From Actinomycetes bacterium (GTDB taxonomy: Bacteria; Actinomycetota; Acidimicrobiia; Acidimicrobiales; Palsa-688): a stretch of 32,421 bases of DNA. The DNA lies in contig JAKARG010000001.1 of the NCBI GenBank assembly GCA_021819345.1, forward strand, positions 1-32,421, in the 5' to 3' direction. Positions within the stretch are counted from its first letter, which is position 1. Each line of letters starts with the position of its first letter. The notes under the pieces were generated by a model that did not search any database, was not told the DNA's origin, and worked only from the letters and a program-made list of their open reading frames with translations. Shown here piece by piece: positions 16,478-26,200 of this stretch. Position numbers and translations under genes: made by a program.

Positions 16478-19337
16478 CGAGAGCCTGGCGGGCCGGGTCA
16501 CCAGGCAGCCCGCGCACCCATCCGGCGTCGAGCTTGCCGATCTCGGGTCCGTGCTCTTCGAGCAGGTGCAGGGTGTCGTAGGCGGGCACGATCCCCGACA
16601 GCGCGAGGGTGGTCCCGACCGGGAGGGTGCCGACCAGCTCGACCAGCTCCTCCTCGGAGGCGATCCTGCGGTGGTCGAGCTCGAGGACGACCGGCCGAGA
16701 GGCCCCGCTGAGGGCGTGGGAGAGGGCCAAGCCGGCTCTGAGCAGCCCGGGTGACACGTTGATCGAGATCCAGGAGCTCCCGGGGAGCGAGGCTGCGGCT
16801 GCCACCCCGGCCCGGGCGAGCAGCAGCTCGAGCTCGATCCCGGCCCCGACCGAGGCGGCCTGGGCCAAGCGGTCGGCGGGGCCGATGCCGTCGTCGAAGC
16901 GGGTCAGGACCTCGTAGCCGACCACGGCTCCGCTCCGTAGGTCGACGACCGGTTGGAACACGGTGCGAAAGCCGCTCTGCCTCGATCTGCCGGGACGGTC
17001 GGGATCCGGGTCGCGGACCGAAGTGGCGGCCGCAGGAGCCGCGGGGGCGGCCCCGAAGAGCCCCGGCGCCGGGCTCCCCCCGAAGTGCAGCACCGAGGCC
17101 CAGTCGACCGCCGGAGGGCTCGCGATCACCGACGCAGCCGTCGTCGGCCCTGCCAGCGGCGCCTGCGCCGGGCGGTAGAGCCAGGAGCGGAGGTGCGCCC
17201 AGAGGTCCCGCACCGTGTTCCCGAGGCCGATGAAGGCGACCAGGGCGTAGGCGAGGAGCACCGTGTTGAGCCCGGCGTAGACGCCGTTGACCACCCGGTC
17301 GCCCACCACGTCGCGCCACAGCGTGAAGCCGGCGAGGCCGAGGATGAGCCAGGGCATGACGACGAACACGAGGCTCGGGACGGTGCGGTCCCGCACCTTC
17401 GGGGTGCGCCCGAAGACGCTCTTGTCACCGGTGAGCCACTGCACCACGGAGTCGAAGACACCGGCCAGGTTGATCGGCAGCAGGATCAGGTTGAAGCCGT
17501 AGATCCGCGCGACGTCGGTCCATTTGTACCCGCAGCTGCGCAGGTCGCTCGCCATCGCGGCGAAATAGGGAAGAGCGATGAGGCCGAGCAACGGGGTGAC
17601 GAGCTCGTTGCGGAACGGATAGCCGAGGAGCAGCACGAGCGACAGCGACGCCCAGGTGATCGATGCCAGGTAGTTGGTCCGCAGCAGCGTCTCGCTCACC
17701 GGGACGCTCAGGCCGAGCTTCTTGCGCTCCTTGCGGTAGCGGCGCAGCTTGCCGAGGATCAGGAGGCCCCCGTTGGCCCAGCGGCGCCGCTGGATGCAGA
17801 GCGCGCCGAAGTCCGGCGGGGTGGCCGAGTACGCCAGGCGCTCGGGGAAGTTGACCAGCTTCCAGCCGTGGCGGGCGAGGTCGAGGGTGGACTCGGTGTC
17901 CTCGATCACCGTCCGGTCCTGGATGTAGCGGCGGATCTCCCAGTTGCCCTCGTAGTGGGACTCGCAGATCTCGTCGAGGGCGCGCTTGCGCAGCACTGCG
18001 TTGGCTCCCACCCAGAAGGTGGCGTCGTAGTGGCAGAGCCCCTGGTGCTGTTGGTACTGGAGGTCGGTGGTCGCGCCGGCGAGTCGCTCGATCCTCGTCT
18101 CGGCACCGGGGTAGGAGCTGTAGGGGGTCTGGGCCACGGCAGCCCGGGAGTGCTCGGACTGCTCCAGGAGGTGCACCATCCTCAGGCAGTACTCCGGCAT
18201 GAGGATGCTGTCGGCGTCGAGGGTGGCCACGAAGTCGGGGTCGGGCACCACCAAGTCGGCGGTGCCGCTCGTGGTCGGCACGAGCACCCTGCCCTGGAGG
18301 GTCTCCAGGTCCTGGTAGGCCCCGCCCATGAGGCCGATGTAGCTGTTCAGGTTCATCGCCTTGTTGGCGTCGTGGCTCGAAGAGGCGTAGCGCTTGCGCT
18401 CGAAGCTCGACAGCTCCGCCCGGAAGGTCCACACCAGGCGGCGGTGGAGCTGGCGCAGGCGCTCGGGGCCGAGGATCGCGCCGTCTTCGGCGGCTGCACG
18501 CAGGGCGGTGGCGGTGAGCGTGAAGTCCGCAGCGAGGCCACCGAGCACCTCGTTCACGAAGAATCGGTCTGCGTGGTCGAGGATCTCCTCGGCGGCGGAC
18601 TGCTCCTCCAGCCACTGGACGGCCCACTCGTAGTCGGTGGCGAGGCCGAGCAGGTCCTCTCGGTGGCGCTCCTCCTGCCTCGGGCGCCCCTCGAAGGCAT
18701 CGAGAGCGGCAGCGAAGCGACCGGCGGGCTCCGCCAGGAGCTCTTGGACCTGGCCGGGCAGCGCCCTGGCGGCGGCGAGCGCTGCCTGGTCGGCCTCGGC
18801 CAGCGGGTCGGGCGGGTCGTCGATCAGTAGCACGATGCGCAGGTGCGGGTACTCCTGGAGCGCTGCGGAGAGCAGCGTCGTGCGGATCACCCGCCGATCC
18901 TCCTTGTAGGAGGGCACGAGCACGGTGAGGGTCGGGTCGGTGTGGGAGAAGAACTCGTCGAGCGCTGCCCGAGGAACCCGTCGGTGGCTCTTGGTCCGGT
19001 AGAGGTAACCCAACCTGCAGGCGAGGTAGGCCAGCGCGGAGAGGGTGAGGAACGTCACCACGAGCAGGTAGACGGCGGCTTCGACCTCGGAGCGGGTGCT
19101 CGTGCCCCCAGGAGCGTCGAGCTCGCCGACCAGCCAGGAGACGAAGTAGGCGCACCAGGCTCCGACGGTGACCACGATGGCGAGGCGGCCGACGGCTATC
19201 CGACCCTCGGTGACGGTGGTCGCAGCGATCGGCCCGCTTCGCCGGTCGGCGCCGAGCTGGCGTCTCCTCGCGGGCTCGGTCGTCTCGGTCGAACTGGGTC
19301 GGGGCGGGATGGGAGTGCTCCTAGGCCGGGACGGCAC
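16287..19337 (-). CDS. Membrane-embedded processive family-2 glycosyltransferase (BcsA/cellulose-synthase-like) fused to a C-terminal degenerate EAL domain
   Basis: Lies in track ORF 16287..19622. I prefer GTG 19337 because the upstream part collides with the divergent gene. GT2 motifs are VLVPSYKED, LLIDDP, HDANKAMNLN (compare BcsA HAKAGNLN), TLDADS, QTPYS, FWVGANAVLRKRAL, EDTESTLDL and QRRRWANG. Hydrophobic spans flank the catalytic core. The C-terminal EAL-type domain begins at FQPVVDL...GYEVLTRF. Confidence 0.9.
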   Translation of the reverse strand: MPSRPRSTPIPPRPSSTETTEPARRRQLGADRRSGPIAATTVTEGRIAVGRLAIVVTVGAWCAYFVSWLVGELDAPGGTSTRSEVEAAVYLLVVTFLTLSALAYLACRLGYLYRTKSHRRVPRAALDEFFSHTDPTLTVLVPSYKEDRRVIRTTLLSAALQEYPHLRIVLLIDDPPDPLAEADQAALAAARALPGQVQELLAEPAGRFAAALDAFEGRPRQEERHREDLLGLATDYEWAVQWLEEQSAAEEILDHADRFFVNEVLGGLAADFTLTATALRAAAEDGAILGPERLRQLHRRLVWTFRAELSSFERKRYASSSHDANKAMNLNSYIGLMGGAYQDLETLQGRVLVPTTSGTADLVVPDPDFVATLDADSILMPEYCLRMVHLLEQSEHSRAAVAQTPYSSYPGAETRIERLAGATTDLQYQQHQGLCHYDATFWVGANAVLRKRALDEICESHYEGNWEIRRYIQDRTVIEDTESTLDLARHGWKLVNFPERLAYSATPPDFGALCIQRRRWANGGLLILGKLRRYRKERKKLGLSVPVSETLLRTNYLASITWASLSLVLLLGYPFRNELVTPLLGLIALPYFAAMASDLRSCGYKWTDVARIYGFNLILLPINLAGVFDSVVQWLTGDKSVFGRTPKVRDRTVPSLVFVVMPWLILGLAGFTLWRDVVGDRVVNGVYAGLNTVLLAYALVAFIGLGNTVRDLWAHLRSWLYRPAQAPLAGPTTAASVIASPPAVDWASVLHFGGSPAPGLFGAAPAAPAAATSVRDPDPDRPGRSRQSGFRTVFQPVVDLRSGAVVGYEVLTRFDDGIGPADRLAQAASVGAGIELELLLARAGVAAAASLPGSSWISINVSPGLLRAGLALSHALSGASRPVVLELDHRRIASEEELVELVGTLPVGTTLALSGIVPAYDTLHLLEEHGPEIGKLDAGWVRGLPGDPARQALVRALVDVAERTGCNLVAEGIETRAEHESLLELGVPLGQGFLLGRPTSSPAGRDHTPLPSPTAG
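16344..16970 (-). other. EAL domain lacking the metal-binding DD pair
   Basis: Retained residues are EVL(T)R (16905..16913), INVS, LEL, GKLD, AEGIET and GQGFLLGRP. The canonical DDFG(T/A)GYSS loop reads LALSGIVPAYDTL, with Ser-Gly codons at 16593..16598. Confidence 0.8.
17763..18932 (-). other. GT2 catalytic core, from VLVPSYKED to QRRRW
   Basis: Coordinates were computed from residue positions 231..620 of the track ORF. Confidence 0.8.
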
Positions 19338-19468
19338 CGGGTCGGCCGCCGCCAGTGGTTGTATCGGATGCCTGCACCCTGAGCCGACCGCGCTCGGTGC
19401 GACGCAGAAATCGCGGAAGAAGCTGCACTCCTGCCGGTCGGCCCGCTGCCCCCACTTACCCTCGTGGC

Positions 19469-21031
19469 GTGAGCAGATCCCCCGACCTGGTCCCTTCCGT
19501 CGCGCCCGCTGCCGGGGATCTCCGGTTGTCCCGTAGCCGGCTCGGCGCCGTGGTGCTCGTTGCCCTGGCGCTCGTCGGTGCGTCGGTGTGGACGGTGCGC
19601 AGCGCCGTGGGCCCCAAGCCACCCGAGCCGGCCGTCACCTGGTACGCCCCCTACGTCGACGCCACGCTGACGCCGACTTACCAGTTCCAGCTCCCCGCCG
19701 ACGATCCGGCTCGCCAGATAGTGCTCGGCTTCGTCGTCGCCTCGCGCTCCGAGGGGTGCGTCCCCTCCTGGGGCGACTACTACAGCCTCGGGCAGGCGGC
19801 GAGCGCGCTCGCCCTCGACGCCCGGGTGGCCCAGGTGCGCGAGGACGGGGGAACGCCGATCGTCTCCTTCGGCGGCCAGGCCAACACCGGCCTCGCCGAC
19901 GCCTGCACCGACCAGGCGGCCCTGCGAGCTGCCTACAGCCAGGTGATCAGCCGCTACGACCTGTCGGTCGTGAACTTCGACGTGGAAGGGGCTGCCCTCG
20001 CCGATGCGGCCGGCAACCTGCGCCGGGCCCGGGCGCTCGCCTCACTGCAGGCTGCGGCCCGGGCAGATCACCGGAGCCTCGCCGTCTGGCTGACCGTCCC
20101 GGTTGCCCGGAGCGGCCTGACGCCTGCGGTGGCCGGCCTGGTGCGGACCACACTTCGGGCCGGGGTCGAGCTCGCCGGGGTCGACGTCATGGCCATGGAC
20201 TTCGGACCGCCGGTAGCCGACATGGAGACGGCGGTGCAGCAGGCGCTCGGGGCCAGCGCCGGCCAGCTCGGCGCGATCTACCGCCAGGTCGGCATCCGCC
20301 TCGACTCGACCGAGGTGTGGGCGCATCTCGGGGTGACGGTGATGATCGGCCAGAACAACAGCGCGGGGGAGACCTTCACCACCCTCGACGCGCACCGCCT
20401 GGTGAGCTTCGCCACCGAGGTCCACCTGGCGCGGGTGTCGGCCTGGTCGATCAACCGCGACCGTCAGTGCGGCGGCGAGTTCCCCGTGCTCGCCGTCGAG
20501 TCCAACACCTGCAGCGGAGTTGCCCAGTCGACCCTCGAGTTCAGCCACATCTTCTCCGCGCTGCGGGGCAGCGCGCTCCGCACCAGCGGCCGCACCCCTG
20601 CGCCCTACGTGCCGAGCACCACCGACAACCCGGCCACGAGCCCGTTCCCGATCTGGAACCCCACGGCGGCCTACGTGAGCGGCTACAAGGTCGTCCGGGA
20701 GGGCTATGTGTACCAGGCCAAGTGGTACAACCAGGGCTCGGACCCCGCGGCCGCGCAGGCCGAGGACCCCTCGCAGTCGCCCTGGGAGCTGATCGGACCC
20801 GTCCTGCCCGGCGAGCACGCCCCGAAGCTGCCCACCCTGGCAGCCGGGACCTACCCGGCTTGGTCCCCGGTGGTGGCCTACCAGGCCGGTGCGGAGGTGC
20901 TGCGAGACGGCCTCCCCTACGTGGCCAAGTGGTACTCGAAGGGCGACGATCCGCTCGCCGCGGCCGACGGCTCTGCCTCCTCGCCGTGGTCTCCGGCCTA
21001 CACCCTTCCCGGGGAGCCGGCACCCGGCTGA
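19469..21031 (+). CDS. Membrane-anchored or secreted GH18-family glycoside hydrolase (chitinase-like) with two C-terminal CBM5/12 modules
   Basis: Lies in track ORF 19355..21031. The GTG 19469 start is tentative. The N-terminal hydrophobic anchor is LGAVVLVALALVGASVW. GH18 (hevamine-type) features are YAPYVDATL, SFGGQ, NFDVEG (19973..19990), MAMDFG, VMIGQNN and WSINRD. Two CBM5/12-like repeats occur at about 20641..20745 and 20851..20955 (YKVVREGYVYQAKWYNQGSDP and AEVLRDGLPYVAKWYSKGDDP). Confidence 0.85.
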   Translation: MSRSPDLVPSVAPAAGDLRLSRSRLGAVVLVALALVGASVWTVRSAVGPKPPEPAVTWYAPYVDATLTPTYQFQLPADDPARQIVLGFVVASRSEGCVPSWGDYYSLGQAASALALDARVAQVREDGGTPIVSFGGQANTGLADACTDQAALRAAYSQVISRYDLSVVNFDVEGAALADAAGNLRRARALASLQAAARADHRSLAVWLTVPVARSGLTPAVAGLVRTTLRAGVELAGVDVMAMDFGPPVADMETAVQQALGASAGQLGAIYRQVGIRLDSTEVWAHLGVTVMIGQNNSAGETFTTLDAHRLVSFATEVHLARVSAWSINRDRQCGGEFPVLAVESNTCSGVAQSTLEFSHIFSALRGSALRTSGRTPAPYVPSTTDNPATSPFPIWNPTAAYVSGYKVVREGYVYQAKWYNQGSDPAAAQAEDPSQSPWELIGPVLPGEHAPKLPTLAAGTYPAWSPVVAYQAGAEVLRDGLPYVAKWYSKGDDPLAAADGSASSPWSPAYTLPGEPAPG

Positions 21032-21100
21032 GCCGGCGGGCAGCCGGCCGAGCCGAGCCCAGCTAGCCCGGCCCAGGTCGGCCGAGGTGAGATCACTGGA

Positions 21101-22966
21101 TCAGCTCACCTTGGCGGTCACCACGTCGGAGCGCACGCCGCCGGCGACCACGTAGAAGCGGTTGGTCCGTAACAGCTCGACGCGGATCAGGGCAGTGCCG
21201 TTGCCGGCGGGCGTGGCAGCGGTCGTGGCCGCAGCCCTCGGGAAGAAGCTCGTCGCCGCGAACGGCTCGTCGTAGAGCACGACCTTCTGGCCGGGGCGGT
21301 CGGTTGTCACGCGGATGGCGACCATTCCCGGGTCGCTCAGCGGGGCGGGGCTGGAGACGAACACCTCGACCGGCGGGTCGGTGATCTCCACCGGTGCCGA
21401 CGGCTCCGAGGGAGCTCCCTCGCCGGCGGAGCCGACGGCCGTCGCGGTGAACTCGAAGCTCCCAGCGGGGAGCCCGGACATCGTGACTGTGGTCGTACGG
21501 GAGAAGACGGTCCGTCCCCGACCGCCGAGGAGATGGGCGGTGACGAAGTAGCCCTCGATCGCGCCCTGACCCAACACCGGGCTCGAGGGCGGGTCCCAGG
21601 AGACGGTCGCTTCTCCGGGGCCGGTGGGCGACGCCACGGGCTGACCGGGGGGCCCGAGCGCGGCAGCTGCGGTGGTGGCCGACGAGGTCGCAGCCGGGAG
21701 GGTGACCGTCGCCGGCGAGGAGGGCGGCGAGCTCCAGCCGCCGGCGTTGGTCGCAATGACTTCGAAGCGGTACGTGCTTCCCGGCGAGAGGCCGGTGAGC
21801 GTCGCCGAGGGCGAGGACGTGGAGCCGACCACGACCGGCGACCCGCCCGCTCGGAGCCGTTCGAGGATGTAGGTCTCGACGGGCAGGCCGCCGTCGCCGC
21901 CCGGGGGCTGCCAGTACAGCTCGACGCCCGCTCCGGTCGCTGTGGCCGCCCCTGTCGCGACGGCTACCAGGCCGGTTGGTGGTTCGGGGGGGAGCACGAA
22001 GGTGTCGGTGAAGTCCTGCCCCCCGCCGGGCGAGGCGCCGGGGGCGCCGGCGGCCGCGAGGACATGCCCGGCCGAGCCGACCATGTCGACCTCGTCGGCT
22101 GCGGTCATGTCGGTGGCGAACCACCCCGTCTGGCCGGCGAAGTCGCCGTAGATCCCGGTTCGGCCGAAGCCGACCGACCCGAAGTCGGCCGGCGAGCTCT
22201 GAGTGCCGTCGATCATGGGCGCCTCCTCGATCCACTCGGCGGAGGTCCCCGGCCCCGAGTAGGCGAAGTCCTGCTGGAAGGACCATCCGGCCGTCCGGTC
22301 GGCGAGGTAGATGCTCCAGGTCCCCGGCCCGACCTCCGAGACCCTGGCCGCCATCTGGTCGCCCGGGGACACCGGGGCGGGCGATCCGTCGGGCGCAGCG
22401 ATGGTCACCGCCGGGGCGGGGAGGATCTCCCACCAGGCCGAGTAGCCACTGCCGGGATCCTGGGAGGTGCCCGTCTGGATCAGGTCGGAGTTGGTCACCC
22501 CGTCTACGCCCACCCAGCTGCCCGAAGCGGTCCCGGCTGCGCCGCTCACCGCGGGCACCGTCCAGGCCCCCTCCGCCCCCTCGATGCCGGTTCCCGAGGT
22601 CACGAGCCCCGACCAGTTGTCGCTCTCGGTGGCCTCGGTCGGGCGCCCCGAGACCATCCGATGCGCAAGCGGCCGGCCGAAGAGGCCCTGGCGGGCGTTC
22701 CCCGGGCCGATCCTGGCCCCCGCGACGCCACCGGGGGGGACGGGACGAGGAGCGTGCCCGCCGAGGACCGGAGGGACCGGAGCGGCTGGCGAAAGCGGCG
22801 TTGCCGCGTGGGCGGCTGGGGCCTCGGGGGCGACCACCACGACGGCGACGAGGACCGTCGCAGCGACGAGGAGCGTCGAGGCGAGCCGCAGCCCGCCGTT
22901 GGCTCGCTCACAGCGCGGAGTCGAGGCCGGCTCGGGACTGGCCGCTAGTGGTCTGGTCCAGCTCAT
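21101..22966 (-). CDS. Secreted glutamic peptidase, family G1 (eqolisin / Peptidase_A4) with two FN3-like domains and a C-terminal beta-sandwich region
   Basis: ATG 22966. The signal/anchor is LRLASTLLVAATVLVAVVVVAP. The G1 core lies at about 22052..22624, with NWSG, SWVGVDG, LIQTG (catalytic Gln), YSAWWEILP and SAEWIEE (catalytic Glu). FN3-like segments include VELYWQPPGGDGGLPVETYILE...YRFEVIATNAGG and a second copy. Confidence 0.85.
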   Translation of the reverse strand: MSWTRPLAASPEPASTPRCERANGGLRLASTLLVAATVLVAVVVVAPEAPAAHAATPLSPAAPVPPVLGGHAPRPVPPGGVAGARIGPGNARQGLFGRPLAHRMVSGRPTEATESDNWSGLVTSGTGIEGAEGAWTVPAVSGAAGTASGSWVGVDGVTNSDLIQTGTSQDPGSGYSAWWEILPAPAVTIAAPDGSPAPVSPGDQMAARVSEVGPGTWSIYLADRTAGWSFQQDFAYSGPGTSAEWIEEAPMIDGTQSSPADFGSVGFGRTGIYGDFAGQTGWFATDMTAADEVDMVGSAGHVLAAAGAPGASPGGGQDFTDTFVLPPEPPTGLVAVATGAATATGAGVELYWQPPGGDGGLPVETYILERLRAGGSPVVVGSTSSPSATLTGLSPGSTYRFEVIATNAGGWSSPPSSPATVTLPAATSSATTAAAALGPPGQPVASPTGPGEATVSWDPPSSPVLGQGAIEGYFVTAHLLGGRGRTVFSRTTTVTMSGLPAGSFEFTATAVGSAGEGAPSEPSAPVEITDPPVEVFVSSPAPLSDPGMVAIRVTTDRPGQKVVLYDEPFAATSFFPRAAATTAATPAGNGTALIRVELLRTNRFYVVAGGVRSDVVTAKVS

Positions 22967-23141
22967 CTCGCCAGGATGGGTGCTCCGGGCGCCCGCCCGT
23001 CACCCGGGTGCGGCGCTTTCCGTGACGGCCACCTCCGGAGGTCGGGCGGGAGCCGAGCGTGGCGAGGCCTTTCCCATCTCGGCGCTCCTGTCCTCGGCGG
23101 GCGTCCGGTACGGCGAGCGGAGCGTCACGGCTCGGCGGATG

Positions 23142-23170
23142 TGACATTGTCCCACCTTTCGGGCTACCCT
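23142..23170 (+). promoter_or_regulatory. Candidate promoter for the S53 peptidase gene
   Basis: TGACAT (23142..23147), a 17-nt spacer, then TACCCT (23165..23170), about 75 nt upstream of ATG 23246. This is pattern matching only. Confidence 0.3.
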
Positions 23171-23245
23171 CCGCCGAGCTCTAGAGGGGGACAGTCGGGT
23201 CCGGCCCGAAAGCCTCTCGCCAGGTCGCCAACAGGGAGGCAAGCG

Positions 23246-26200
23246 ATGGTCCAGGAGTCCGCCCGTGAAGGATGGTCGCTTCTCTCGAAGCGGGCGAGGA
23301 GGGGACCGGGTCGGCTGTCGACCTGCGTCGCAGCGGCTGCTCTGTTCGTCGGCAGCCTCGGGGCAGGTGTCGCCGGCGCCGCGGTCGCCGGGGCTGCACC
23401 CCTCGCGGTCCATCCGAAGCTGGTGAAGGTAGCCGCAGCACCGCGAGCCCCCGAGGGTGCGAGGGAGCTCGGGAGGGTGAGGGGCTCGCAGGTCATCCAC
23501 GGAGCCATCGCCTTGCAGCCTTCGGACCCTGCCGGCCTCGCCGCCTTCGCCGCGGCGGTCTCGAAGCCCGGGTCGGCCTCCTACCACCACTACCTCGCCC
23601 CTGGACAGTTCCGCGCCCGCTTCGGGCCGGCGGCGGAGACCATCGCAGCGGTTCGCGCGTCGCTCCGGTCGGCCGGCGTGTCGGTGACCTCGGTCTCCTC
23701 CAACGGGCTGCTCGTCGACTTCTCCGGGCGCTCCTCGCAGGTGGCGGCGGCGTTCCACACCCGCTTCGAGCGCTTCGGGCTCACCGGCGGCCGGAGTGGC
23801 TACGCCGCAGTCACCCCGATCTCGCTGCCCTCGACGGTGGCGTCCTCGGTCGCATCGGTGGTCGGGCTCTCCGACCTCTACCACCCCGCTCCGGTCAGCC
23901 TGTACCTGCACGGCCCGGCCCGTGGCGGACCGGGGCACCGCCGAGCCAAGGCTGCGCGAGCATCGAGCGTGCCGGTGGCCGGCGGCCCCGCCGCCTGCCC
24001 GGCGGCCACCAAGGCCGCCAACGAGTACGGGGGGCTCACCGACACCCAGATCGCCTACTCCTACGGGATGGACCCGCTGCTGAAGGCGGGCTACGACGGC
24101 ACCGGCCAGACGATCGCGGTCTACGAGCTCGAGCCGTTCGACCCGAGCGACATCATGGCCTTCGACACCTGCTACTTCGGCTCGGCCGCGGCGACCGCAA
24201 TGATGTCACGGCTGAGCGTCGTCCCGGTGGACGGTGGCCAGCAGATCGGCTACGGCTCGGGGGAGGCGGAGCTCGACGTCGAGGACGTCTCGGCGATGGC
24301 TCCTGGGGCCAACATCGACGTCTACGAGGCACCGAACACCACCTTCGGCGCCCTCGACGAGTACAACGCGATCGTGAGCTCCGACACCGCCAAGGTGGTC
24401 ACCACCTCCTGGGGCCTTTGCGAAGCGGCGATCGAGACCGGTGAGCCGGGCATCCAGGAGGTCGAGAACACGATCTTCGAGCAGGCCGCCGCCCAGGGCC
24501 AGTCGATCTTCGCCGCAGCGGGTGACGACGGCTCCAACGACTGCGGCAACCACGCCACCTCCCCCGTCGCCCCGGTCCTCTCGGTCGACGACCCCGGTAG
24601 CCAGCCGTATGTCACCTCGGTCGGTGGGCTCACCATCGACACCGCCACCCAGCCTCCCCAGGAGACCGTGTGGAACGACGGGCCGCAGTGGGGAGCCGGC
24701 GGAGGCGGGATCTCCTCGACCTGGGCCCAGCCGGCCTGGCAGTCGACGAGTGTTCCCGGCGTCGACGACCAGAGCGTGATCGCCGCCGCCGAGAAGCTGG
24801 CGGGCAACGACTTCTGCCTCTCCTCCGGGGCGCTCGCCGCCACCGCCACCGCCTGCCGAGAGGTCCCAGACGTGAGCGCCCAGGCCGACGAGTTCACCGG
24901 GGCGATCACCATCTACTACCAGGGCCAGTGGATCACCATCGGGGGAACCTCCTCGGCCACCCCGCTATGGGCCTCCATGCTCACCGACATCGACTCGACC
25001 CCCTCCTGTCAGGCCAACGGCGGGGTCGGCTTCGCCAACCCGGCGCTCTACTCGATCGCGTCGATCCCGGCCGAGTACGCAGCGTCGTTCACCAACGTGA
25101 CCACCGGTAACAACGACCTGTTTGCCCTCCCGGGCGACCTGTACCCGGCGACGAGCGGCTACAACATGGCGAGTGGGCTCGGCTCCCCGCAGGTCACCGC
25201 CCCCGGCGGGGGCAACGGGCTCGCCTACTACCTCTGCGCGGCGCCGGCGATCGCCAGGCCTACGGTCACGGGGCTCAGCCCGACGGTGGTGACCAGCTCG
25301 GCCACCACGGCGGTGACCGTCACCGGCACCGGCTTCGAGTCCGCCTCGGGAGCCCCCCAGGTCGCCGGGGTCCAGGTGGGCTCCCTCGGGCTGCCGGCCT
25401 CGGCGGTGAGCGTCTCGTCGCCCACGACCCTGGTCGTCCAGGTGCCCGGTGCTGCGCTCCAGCACGCCGGCGACCCCTCGGCGCCGACAACGAGCACCGG
25501 GGCGGGGATCTACGACGTCTCGGTGACCCTCGACGGAGGCGAGACGAGCGCCCCTGGCGCCAGCTCTCGCCTGGTCCTCGACCCGTCGAGCACGACCGTT
25601 ACGACCAGCACCGCCAGCGCCTCGGCCGGACCGGTGGTGGTCGGCACCGGTCCCGCAGGTGGCAACGAGGCGGGAGGTGGGACCGTCACCGTCTACGGCG
25701 TTGGCTTCAGCGGAGCGACGCAGGTGACCTTCGGCGGGGTGGCAGGCAGCGCCCCGGTGGTCAACTCGTCGGGCACCGAGCTCACCACCACCGTGCCGGC
25801 CTACGGGCCGAGCACCACCTGCTTGACGGGTGACAACCCGACCGACGACGTCTGCCAGGTCCAGGTGCAGGTGACCACCCCGGCGGGCACCAGCGCGACG
25901 AGCCAGATCCTCCCCGAGTACGCCGGCGCCTATGCCTTCAACGCCCAGGGCGTCTTCGTGCCGCCGGCCGGCACCGAGGTCTCGCCTGCGCCGACCGAGT
26001 ACGACTACTTCCCGACCCCGACGCTCACCTCGGCCACCAGCACCTCGCTCAGCGCGAGCGGTGCGGACTTCGTCAACTCCAACGGCGGGACGGTCGAGAC
26101 GCTCACCGGGACCGGGCTCGGGGCGCTGGCCGTCGAGTGGTACGACGTCGGGGCGCCGAACCAGTACACGAGCTTCTCGGCGAGCCCGGTCTACATCAGC

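Noticed and set aside
16344-16970. EAL domain as an active c-di-GMP phosphodiesterase
   Set aside because: The DD(FGTGYSS) metal-binding loop is replaced by LALSG..., and the second acidic residue of the E.TE motif is His. Activity is unlikely, so I favour a receptor role, which is not proven.
16953-18830. 625-aa plus-strand ORF, plus the 17425..19155 minus out-of-frame ORF, inside the GT2-EAL gene
   Set aside because: Both have junk-like Arg/Gly/Pro/Glu composition. The third frame carries all the GT2 and EAL motifs.
19338-19622. 95-codon upstream extension of the GT2-EAL ORF
   Set aside because: It is Arg/Pro-rich with no hydrophobic or domain features. It would overlap the start region of the divergent GH18 gene. 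The in-frame GTG 19337 leaves a sensible 131-bp divergent promoter region, though the start remains unproven.
21032-21048. GCCGGC-GGGCA-GCCGGC hairpin right after the GH18 stop, considered as a terminator
   Set aside because: It has only a 6-bp stem with no T-tract, in GC-rich DNA where such palindromes arise by chance. The evidence is too weak to list as a feature.
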